Shown here in pieces: positions 28,072 through 35,922 of a stretch of DNA of 35,922 nucleotides. Source of the stretch: Silvibacterium sp. (lineage in GTDB: Bacteria > Acidobacteriota > Terriglobia > Terriglobales > Acidobacteriaceae); NCBI GenBank assembly GCA_036264455.1, contig DATAQX010000132.1:1-35922 (forward strand). The letters run 5' to 3'. The notes below the pieces were generated by a model. That model was not told where the DNA came from. It ran no database searches and saw nothing but the letters and a program-made list of their open reading frames with translations. Made by a program: the position numbers and the translations under genes. Each line of letters opens with the position of its first letter. Positions within the stretch are counted from its first letter, which is position 1.

Positions 28072-31000
28072 ATGATAGGTAACAGCTTGCCGGCACTACT
28101 TAAGTTGACCCCTAACAAGCCATACCTATGCAAGAGTTTTTCGCTTTTGCTCGTACTTGTCCTTGGTGCGTTTGCGGTTGACGCATTTGGCTTTTCAGCT
28201 CCGCTCCGAGATCAAGTGCTGACCACATGGACGACCCAGCAGGGCCTTCCGCAGAATTTCATCACGTCACTCGCTCAGACATCCGATGGCTTCGTCTGGG
28301 TGGGGACGATGAATGGGCTGGTGCGCTTCGATGGGCTTCATTTCCGGGGGTTCAGCCAGGACGGGCCGCCAGAGTTGCAGGGGTTTATCGGCGCGCTCGC
28401 GAGAGATAGCGGCGATGGCCTCTGGATTGTGACAGCATCGAACCTCTTCCACTACGAGCATCATCGCTTTGTGCCGATTCTCTTTGAAGGGCGGCCACGT
28501 TACCGGATTGACTCTCTGGCGCGCTCGAAGGATGGAGAGCTGTGGCTCTACTTTGAAGGTAAGTTGGAGCGCACCCAGGCGGACAGGCTGGTGGCTGCCC
28601 GCTTGCCTGATGGAGTGCATCGGGTAAGCGACATGGCGGAGGGCAGCGATGGATCGCTCTGGATCGCTGACCGCGAAAACATCTTCCGCATGCGCAAGGA
28701 TGTCGTGGTTGCGAAATACAAGCTGCCTGACTGTCGTTTTGTATATGCGGACAACTTTGGCGATCTTTGGGCAGGGGATGGCCATCACTTGTTTCATTTT
28801 GATGGAAGCGGCTTTGCGCATGTCGCGAAACCGGGTCTGGGTAACTTTGTCAGCGTGATGATCGACAGCCATCATAGGCTCTGGATGGCGAGCGGCGGAC
28901 TTCATGGACTCACACGAAAGTCTGGTGATGAGATCGAGACGCTCACCGAAGCCGACGGGCTTGCAAGCAATGACGTTCGCACGGTTCTCGAAGACCGCAA
29001 CGGCGACTTCTGGCTGGGGACGATTGCCGGCCTTCAACGCCTTCATCAAGGTGTTTTCACGAGTTATTCCGCAACTGAGAAGCGGGCGGGGCAGCATAGC
29101 GAGACGGTCTCCATCTTTGAACAGAAGGATGGCACCATCTGGACGGGGACGCTCGAAGGCGGCGTCGTTCGCTGGCGGGAGGGGCACTGGCAACGCTTTG
29201 ATAAGGCACAGGGACTATCGCCGGGGCAGGTGCGGGGCTTTTTCGAAAATGGCGCCACGCCAGCGATTGCTATTGCCGATTATGGAATCTTCGAGAAGCG
29301 TGACGGCAGGTTCACGAAGATGCCGCAGATTCCACACGGATATGTGAGCACGCCTGTCGTTGCCGGCGATGGAAGTGTCTGGTTCCACATCGAAAATCGA
29401 GGACTTTTCCGGTTGAGGAGCGGCGTGGTCACGGAGTTTGGAAGTAAGGACGGCCTTAGCGGCAAGCCGTTGTCGTCTCTTACCGTCGATGGTCATGGCG
29501 TTTTGTGGGTTGGGGATGCAGCCGGACTGGAACGCTGGAATGGCCACGGCTTTGAGCGCGTCCTTTCTACGTCCGGGCCTGTCCTTTGCGTAGAGTGGCC
29601 GAACGATGGAATCGCTGTGGGCACATTCAATGGCCTGCTGTTGCGAAGCGGAATGAACGATTCCGACCGTTTGTTGACACAGAATGAGGGATTACCCGGC
29701 AATACCGTACTCGATGTGTTGAGCGACGACGAGGATAATCTCTGGATCGTGACGGCCAGCGCTATCGCCCGCATTACGAGTAAACAATGGAGAGCGTTTG
29801 CCAGGGGTAAAAGTTCGCGAGTTGATATGGAGGTATATACCGAGGCGGATGGTCTCAAAAGCCGTTACGTTCTGCCCTTGAATGGAGTGACAGCCACACG
29901 GGCAAACGACGGGCGGCTGTGGTTCGCAACCATCAAGGGACCGGCTGTCGTCGATCCACATTTGGCCAGCACGCCGCCTGCACAGGCTGTGGTGGACGGC
30001 ATCGTTGTTGACGATCAGCATCATCTACCCGGTGATTTGACGGTGAGTCCGGGCCAGCATCGCATTACCTTTGCATACACATCGCCGGCTACGATGGCTC
30101 CTGAGCAGAACCGCTTTCGCTATCGCCTGGTGGGATGGGACCGCGACTGGGTGGATGCAGGCACTTCGCGCGAAGTTTCATACACAGGCCTTCGGCCCGG
30201 CCACTACAGATTCCAGGTGATCGCCACGAACCGTGAAGGCGGCTCGAGTGAGCTACCGGCTCAGGCGGAGATTCAGCTGCAGCCGTTCTTCTGGCAGACA
30301 AAATGGTTTCTCGTCGCCGTCATCTGCGCGGCTATAGGCATTATTGTCGAGGTCACACGGCGATTCACCCGTCGAAGAGCGGACCGGTTGAGCATGCGCT
30401 TTCAGGAGCGGGTCGCGGAGCGTGAGCGGATTGCCCACCAGATTCACGATACGGTAATTCAGGATCTGATCGGCGCAACTCTGCAGCTAGAGCTCATCGG
30501 ATTTGAGATGGCCGATCATCCTGAGAGATCGAAGACGTTGCTGGCCACACTGGCGGAACGCATGCGTGAGACAATTGCGCGGAGCCGGAACATGGTTTCG
30601 AATCTTCATTCGACGGCTGTAGCGCAATACAGTCTGGTGGAAGTTCTGCGTCACTCGGAGGCGGAGTTTCGATCAGGGCCATTGCCGGTGTTCGATCTGG
30701 TTTCTACAGGCGAGCTGCGCGAGGTGCATCCGCTGATCCGCGACGAAGTATACCGCATCTGCCGCGAGGCACTGGCAAATGCCTTTCGTCACGCAAATGC
30801 AGAATATGTAACAGTGGAAGTACGTTTTCTGCCCGATGTGCTTGAGGTTGAGATCTCCGATGACGGCAATGGCATGACCGAAGAGCTGTTACAGCATGGC
30901 CGCGCCGGACACTTCGGGTTGCGTGGAATGCACGCGCATGCGCAGCGCATCGGCGCAACGCTGGTGATCGAGAGCGAGCCGGGACAGGGAACGAACGTTA

Positions 31001-31086
31001 TACTGCGCGTAAAGACGTATAGCTCTTCGTTGTGGCGAGGCAATGGCAGAGGGAAGTTCAGAAGAAATGATGCAAACGCAAGTTGA
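28072..31086 (+). CDS. Sensor histidine kinase with periplasmic beta-propeller, Y_Y_Y domain, HisKA_3 and HATPase
   Basis: GLPQNFITSLAQTSDGFVWVGT repeats, FRYRLVGWD..YTGLRPGHYRFQV, ERERIAHQIHDTVIQ, EALANAFRHA, DDGNG, GHFGLRGM. Confidence 0.93.
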   Translation: MIGNSLPALLKLTPNKPYLCKSFSLLLVLVLGAFAVDAFGFSAPLRDQVLTTWTTQQGLPQNFITSLAQTSDGFVWVGTMNGLVRFDGLHFRGFSQDGPPELQGFIGALARDSGDGLWIVTASNLFHYEHHRFVPILFEGRPRYRIDSLARSKDGELWLYFEGKLERTQADRLVAARLPDGVHRVSDMAEGSDGSLWIADRENIFRMRKDVVVAKYKLPDCRFVYADNFGDLWAGDGHHLFHFDGSGFAHVAKPGLGNFVSVMIDSHHRLWMASGGLHGLTRKSGDEIETLTEADGLASNDVRTVLEDRNGDFWLGTIAGLQRLHQGVFTSYSATEKRAGQHSETVSIFEQKDGTIWTGTLEGGVVRWREGHWQRFDKAQGLSPGQVRGFFENGATPAIAIADYGIFEKRDGRFTKMPQIPHGYVSTPVVAGDGSVWFHIENRGLFRLRSGVVTEFGSKDGLSGKPLSSLTVDGHGVLWVGDAAGLERWNGHGFERVLSTSGPVLCVEWPNDGIAVGTFNGLLLRSGMNDSDRLLTQNEGLPGNTVLDVLSDDEDNLWIVTASAIARITSKQWRAFARGKSSRVDMEVYTEADGLKSRYVLPLNGVTATRANDGRLWFATIKGPAVVDPHLASTPPAQAVVDGIVVDDQHHLPGDLTVSPGQHRITFAYTSPATMAPEQNRFRYRLVGWDRDWVDAGTSREVSYTGLRPGHYRFQVIATNREGGSSELPAQAEIQLQPFFWQTKWFLVAVICAAIGIIVEVTRRFTRRRADRLSMRFQERVAERERIAHQIHDTVIQDLIGATLQLELIGFEMADHPERSKTLLATLAERMRETIARSRNMVSNLHSTAVAQYSLVEVLRHSEAEFRSGPLPVFDLVSTGELREVHPLIRDEVYRICREALANAFRHANAEYVTVEVRFLPDVLEVEISDDGNGMTEELLQHGRAGHFGLRGMHAHAQRIGATLVIESEPGQGTNVILRVKTYSSSLWRGNGRGKFRRNDANAS

Positions 31087-31705
31087 AGCGGCTCCAATTC
31101 AAGTGCTGATTGTCGATGATCATCCCATGGTGCGCGAAGGGCTTGCGGGTGTGCTGGAACGGCAGAATATGAAGATCGTCGGACTCGCTGCTACCGGGAA
31201 GCAGGCAGTCGAAATGTATTCGGCCTATAAGCCGGATGTTGTACTGCTCGATCTGCGCCTGCCGGACCAGAGCGGATTTGACGTTGTGCGCACAGTGCTC
31301 GGCAATGATCCGCAGGCGCGCATCATTATCCTGAGCTCGGCCCAGGGCGATGCTTCCATCTACAACGCGATCAGCCTGGGCGTGCGCGGATATCTGCTGA
31401 AAGGCATTGACGGCGCTACGCTTGCAGATCAGGTGAGGCGTGTCGCGGCAGGCGGCAGCTGCCTTTCACCTGAGACGGCGGAGAAGCTAACGCTGTACAT
31501 CTCCTCGCAAAAACTCAGCGAGCGTGAAATCGAAGTCCTCGGGCTCATCTCAAAGGGCAAGAGCAACAAAGAAATAGCCGATCTTATCTTCGTGACCGAG
31601 AACACGGTCAAGATGCACGTAAAGAAAATTCTTTTGAAGCTACAGGCCAATGACCGCACGCAGGCCGTGGTGATCGCCATTCAGCGTGGACTCCTCGACG
31701 CATGA
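31067..31705 (+). CDS. NarL/FixJ family response regulator (REC plus LuxR HTH)
   Basis: LIVDDHPMVREG, DVVLLDLRLP, GYLLKG, LSEREIEVL..GKSNKEIA..TVKMHV; overlaps the kinase stop. Confidence 0.95.
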   Translation: MMQTQVEAAPIQVLIVDDHPMVREGLAGVLERQNMKIVGLAATGKQAVEMYSAYKPDVVLLDLRLPDQSGFDVVRTVLGNDPQARIIILSSAQGDASIYNAISLGVRGYLLKGIDGATLADQVRRVAAGGSCLSPETAEKLTLYISSQKLSEREIEVLGLISKGKSNKEIADLIFVTENTVKMHVKKILLKLQANDRTQAVVIAIQRGLLDA

Positions 31706-31711
31706 CCCGCA

Positions 31712-31747
31712 TACCCTTTCGGGTAGTTTGAAAATTATCCTTCGGAT
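31712..31747. promoter_or_regulatory. Inverted repeats; candidate response-regulator binding sites upstream of the S53 protease
   Basis: TACCC-TTTC-GGGTA (31712-31725) and the related ATCC-TTC-GGAT (31737-31747). Confidence 0.4.
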
Positions 31748-31889
31748 TTCGAGCTTTGCTCACGTTAGGGTGTTAAGCTTTCGAAAATTTTTCATGTTGT
31801 ACGCCATACGGCCTACGCAGAGATGAGCAACATATGCTGCGCATGAGACCGGCATCGTCTACCCACGCATTTTTCCGGAGGTTGGTTCC

Positions 31890-34800
31890 ATGAAAGTTTA
31901 CTGTCGCCGAGCGCTGAGACTCATTATGTCGATGACTGGGATGCTGCTGATGTTTGCGCCTCTTGCATACACGCAAGTCAAACCGAAGATCACCCAGGTG
32001 ATTGATCCCACGCAGAGAAAAGTGTTGGCGGGCACGGTGCATCCGCTGGCCAGAATGGCAAGCGATCAGGGCCGGGTAGATGCTGACCTGGCGATGAAGG
32101 ACATGCTGCTCATATTGCGTCCATCGGCAGATCAACAGGCTGCTTTAAAGAAATATGTGGACGATCTCCACAACCCCAACTCCTCGAACTTTCACAAGTG
32201 GCTTGCGCCGGAGCAGTACGCGGCACAGTTCGGCGCAAGCGACGAAGATCTTCAAGTCATACGTAATTGGCTATCATCGAATGGATTCTCCGTCGAAGAG
32301 GTGTCAAACAGCAAGAGCCGGATCCGCTTTAGCGGGAATGCGTCACAAGTGGAAAATGCCTTTCAGACGGAGATCCATCAATACTCCGTGAGGGGTGTGA
32401 AGAAATATGCCAATGCCACCAACTTGTCGATCCCGGCTGCACTCGAGCCGGCGGTTACAGGTGTGGTAAGCATGAATAACTTCCTCTCAAGCCCGCAGCA
32501 TACCTCGCCGACAAAAATCGCCCGCAATGAAAGCGGAAAGCTGGTACGCGTAGCGAGCAGCAGCGCGGCAGCTACCGCATCCCCTTCGTTCACCTCAGCG
32601 GGAAGCCAGGTTGAGACCTATCTTCTGCCGGGCGATTTTTCGAAGATTTACGACACGCAGGGTGTCATCAACAGCGGTATCAACGGGTCGGGAGTTTCCA
32701 TAGCGATTGTAGGCCGCTCCGATATCAGCATGTCGGATGTGGAGGCATTTCGCACGATCTCCGGGCTTCCGTTTAACGATCCGAATGTCATCTATGCAAC
32801 GACCGATCCGGGAGTAGTAGATGGCGACAATGTGGAGGCCTCGCTCGACGTTGAGTTGGCGGGAGCAGTTGCTCCCAAGGCGAAGATCGATTACGTGATC
32901 GGCGCCAGCACGTCCACTACGGACGGAGTGGATATTGCCGCGTCTTACATCGTCGATAAGGCGCTTGCTCCCATCATGACGGTGAGCTTTGGCCTTTGCG
33001 AAGCTGATATGTCAGATTCGCAGATATCGTTCTACCACCTGCTCTGGCAGCAGGCCGCCGCCGAAGGCATTACTGTGTTTGTCTCTTCGGGCGACGCGGG
33101 TGCGAGTGGTTGCAACAACCCTGGCGCGGAGTCTACGACGTATGGTTTCGGCGTTAATGGTCTTGCCTCCACTGCTTACAACGTGGCTGTAGGCGGGACT
33201 GAATTCAATGACACGGATCTGAATACCTATTGGAAGCTGAACAATGCCAAGAACCTGTCTTCGGCGATCGGTTATATCCCTGAGGCAGTATGGAATGAAT
33301 CCTGCGCTGCTGATGTTTCCCCGAGCTTTTCGAACTGCAATTTTCCGCCGTACTATCTCTACTCCTATGCCGGCGGCGGAGGCGCAAGCTCCTGTGCAAG
33401 CCGCACCACGGACGACTCCGGTACGGAATATTGCGCAACTGGCTATGCAAAGCCATCGTGGCAGACGGGTGTTGGCGTTCCACAGGATGGTGTGCGAGAT
33501 CTTCCCGACGTTTCGCTCGCAGCGGCAGACGAACATGACGGCTACATCTTCTGCTATGAAGGCAGTTGCCAATGGACGAAGAACAGCGACGGCTCCATCA
33601 CTCTGGAACAGGCTGCGATTGTCGGCGGCACCTCCGCAGCCTCGCCTTCCATGGCTGGCATCATGGCGCTGGTTGAGCAGAAGCATGGGCAGTTCCAAGG
33701 TGTTGCAAACTATCAGCTCTATCAACTGGCGAATGCGCAGCAGAGTGGCAGTTGCAACTCGAGCCAGCTCACGGACCCGACACAGAAGAGTTCCTGCGTC
33801 TTTCACGACATCACGCTTGGATCGAACGCCGTGCCCTGCTTCAGCGGAGGCCAGGACTGCCAGGGAACCGATTCGCCAGTGCCTGTTGGCGAAAGTCTGC
33901 CCTTTGCTATCTTTCCGCCCAACAGCTTTACTGATGGCCATGCCGCAACAGCCGGTTATGATCTGGGCAGTGGACTCGGTTCCATCGATGCGGCAAACCT
34001 CATCAGCTCGTGGAACGTACGGCGGACGCTCAGTTCCACGACTACTTTGAGCCTCTCACAAACCACTTTCAAGCACGGCACACCTATTACGCTGAGTGGA
34101 AATGTGAGCGCCTCATCCGGAAAGGGCATGCCTTCTGGCGAGGTCCTCATTACGGCCAGTTCCGCGGGGTCAGTCGTCAGTACCGCGTTGACCTCGGGCG
34201 CGTACACCACTTCCACGATCAATCTGCCTGGCGGTCACTATACGCTCACGGCAGGCTATTCCGGCGACAGCACCTATAGAACCAGCACGTCGGAGCCTGT
34301 TTCTGTCGCTGTCGCGCCGGAAGACAGCTCTGTAACCGGAACGAGCTATGCATACAGCCGCTTCTACATTCTGGGTCGGAGGCCGATCGTGCAACTAAGC
34401 AGCACTTCGCTGGGAAATCCATTCTGGCTCCAGTTCCAGGTCGCCGGCCTGTCAGGATCGGCCGACGCGACCGGCTTCATCAAGCTGTCGCAAGGCGGTA
34501 AGGCAGTCGGCACGTATCCCGTCGATAAGACCGGAATCATCTATGTGCAATGCGGGCCGCAGACGCCGTGCGATTACGCGCCGGGCACTTACACCTTCAA
34601 GGCTGAGTACACGGGTGATGATAGCTTCCATGCAAGCAGCGCGACCTTGCCGTTCACCATATCGAAGGGCACGACCTACTGGCAGACCGCGGCCAGCAAC
34701 ACCACGCCGATTGCAGGCACGCGCATAACCGGCTATGTCTACTTCGAATCAGACCCGGCTGCTCCGCCTACGGGCACCGTGACGCTTGCGCGTTCGGACA

Positions 34801-35609
34801 CGGGAGCGACCCTCGGCACGGGCACGCTAGATAAAACCGGAACGGCTACTATTCCGTTTAATGCTCCAGCAGGCGACTACTACCTGGTAGCAAACTGGGC
34901 CGGCGATGAGAATTACACGAATGGCGGCTGGAAGTCAGAGCAGGAGATTGTGACGCAGAGCACGGCTGGGACGAAAGCGGTAAACATCAGCCTGAATCTC
35001 GGGACAAGGTCATTCTCACTTGGGCAGCAGACAGAGTATTCCGTCGCGGTGATGCCTGCCACGCAGGGAAGCACAGCCGTTCCGATAGGCTATGTCACCC
35101 TGTACTCAAACAACGGGCAGATCAGCGGCCAGCTCGCTCTCTCCGGCGGACGCGCAAGCGGCATCGTGGAGTGGGATACAGTCGGATCGCAGAGCGTTTA
35201 CGCAGTGTATAACGGCGACGGCAACTACGCCGGCGCCAATAGTGCACCCGTCACCGTGCACGTGGCGCAGGCTGTTCCTGAAGTCACCCTGCACGCAGAA
35301 GCGACTCGCGTCGAAGCAGGCGCCCAAACAAGCGTCACGGCTTCACTGGTCAGTCCGCTGGCATCCACCAATGCTCCAGCGCCGACCGGCACACTGCAGT
35401 TCTTTGACGCAGCAGATGGCGAACAAGCGAAACCGCTCAGTGTTCCTCAGGCAGTCGTGAGTGGCAACGGAGGAACGCTCATCGCAACGCTTCCTCTGAC
35501 GCTGCCAAAAGGAACAAACCTGATTACAGCCGTCTACTCCGGGGATGTGAATTGGAAGACCGCTGTCTCGCTGCCGGTTACGATTATCGTCACGAACAGC
35601 CGTCGTTGA
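31890..35609 (+). CDS. Secreted S53 (sedolisin/kumamolisin-like) serine protease with prodomain and C-terminal Ig-like repeats
   Basis: Prodomain (FHKWLAPEQYAAQFG), catalytic EASLD, SSGDAG, GGTSAASP, GYDLGSGLGS; several YxGDxxY Ig-like repeats; GGAGG RBS. Confidence 0.93.
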   Translation: MKVYCRRALRLIMSMTGMLLMFAPLAYTQVKPKITQVIDPTQRKVLAGTVHPLARMASDQGRVDADLAMKDMLLILRPSADQQAALKKYVDDLHNPNSSNFHKWLAPEQYAAQFGASDEDLQVIRNWLSSNGFSVEEVSNSKSRIRFSGNASQVENAFQTEIHQYSVRGVKKYANATNLSIPAALEPAVTGVVSMNNFLSSPQHTSPTKIARNESGKLVRVASSSAAATASPSFTSAGSQVETYLLPGDFSKIYDTQGVINSGINGSGVSIAIVGRSDISMSDVEAFRTISGLPFNDPNVIYATTDPGVVDGDNVEASLDVELAGAVAPKAKIDYVIGASTSTTDGVDIAASYIVDKALAPIMTVSFGLCEADMSDSQISFYHLLWQQAAAEGITVFVSSGDAGASGCNNPGAESTTYGFGVNGLASTAYNVAVGGTEFNDTDLNTYWKLNNAKNLSSAIGYIPEAVWNESCAADVSPSFSNCNFPPYYLYSYAGGGGASSCASRTTDDSGTEYCATGYAKPSWQTGVGVPQDGVRDLPDVSLAAADEHDGYIFCYEGSCQWTKNSDGSITLEQAAIVGGTSAASPSMAGIMALVEQKHGQFQGVANYQLYQLANAQQSGSCNSSQLTDPTQKSSCVFHDITLGSNAVPCFSGGQDCQGTDSPVPVGESLPFAIFPPNSFTDGHAATAGYDLGSGLGSIDAANLISSWNVRRTLSSTTTLSLSQTTFKHGTPITLSGNVSASSGKGMPSGEVLITASSAGSVVSTALTSGAYTTSTINLPGGHYTLTAGYSGDSTYRTSTSEPVSVAVAPEDSSVTGTSYAYSRFYILGRRPIVQLSSTSLGNPFWLQFQVAGLSGSADATGFIKLSQGGKAVGTYPVDKTGIIYVQCGPQTPCDYAPGTYTFKAEYTGDDSFHASSATLPFTISKGTTYWQTAASNTTPIAGTRITGYVYFESDPAAPPTGTVTLARSDTGATLGTGTLDKTGTATIPFNAPAGDYYLVANWAGDENYTNGGWKSEQEIVTQSTAGTKAVNISLNLGTRSFSLGQQTEYSVAVMPATQGSTAVPIGYVTLYSNNGQISGQLALSGGRASGIVEWDTVGSQSVYAVYNGDGNYAGANSAPVTVHVAQAVPEVTLHAEATRVEAGAQTSVTASLVSPLASTNAPAPTGTLQFFDAADGEQAKPLSVPQAVVSGNGGTLIATLPLTLPKGTNLITAVYSGDVNWKTAVSLPVTIIVTNSRR

Positions 35610-35610
35610 A

Positions 35611-35678
35611 ATTTGAGTCTGGAGATGACGGCGGCATGTCGACTCCACGACGTAGCCTAAGTCATTTCCAGACCAAAT
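35611..35678. repeat. Long imperfect inverted repeat (hairpin) just after the protease stop codon
   Basis: ATTTG-A-GTCTGGAGATGAC pairs with GTCATTTCCAGAC-CAAAT; inner stem ATGTCG/CGACGT. Confidence 0.7.
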
Positions 35679-35922
35679 GATGTATTTGAAGACTTGCCGA
35701 GCCCGGCCAATTGTGCAACATCCGGGTGATAGATGTCCGGAGAAGTCGGGCGAGTTTCTATCCCACGGAACCTTTGGCACGCTCGATATCGTGCTGTTGT
35801 CGCAGCGCACCAGTGCAACTTGCGGCGCAAGTTGGCCTGGGTCGGCGGCTGCACTTTCCTCGTTAAGCAATAAGCACGTCATACATCAGGAGCGGCCTGA
35901 CTCCACACGGTCACGGTGAGAG

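Noticed and set aside
35657-35922. Short ORFs at the right edge
   Set aside because: No motifs, and the window edge prevents assessment.

Overview
Bacterial chromosomal window. The gene families (Oar-like TonB-dependent receptors, wHTH-TolB regulator, ECF/kinase pair, S53-Ig protease) point to Acidobacteriota, which is an inference. From left to right: (1) a decayed winged-helix regulator pseudogene; (2) a LacI-controlled carbohydrate locus (LacI, TonB-dependent receptor, MFS sugar permease, ROK kinase, SIS protein, DUF1080, Tat-exported Gfo/Idh/MocA oxidoreductase) with two matching tandem-operator promoters; (3) an ECF sigma factor and Ser/Thr kinase-TPR pair, divergent from a secreted fibre-like protein and a frameshifted FAD oxidoreductase; (4) a cysD-cysN-cysH-TauE sulfate-assimilation operon divergent from a second TonB receptor; (5) a beta-propeller sensor kinase, NarL-type regulator and an S53 protease with Ig-like domains. 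The main discovery lies in the 620-bp cysD/TonB intergenic region, which holds two unannotated, apparently leaderless, cysteine-codon leader ORFs, one per direction. The cys-side one (9 Cys in 29 aa) has a mutually exclusive terminator/antiterminator. Together they form a candidate bidirectional cysteine-sensing attenuation system that would also control a sulfur-poor outer-membrane receptor. No rRNA, tRNA, CRISPR or transposase was seen.
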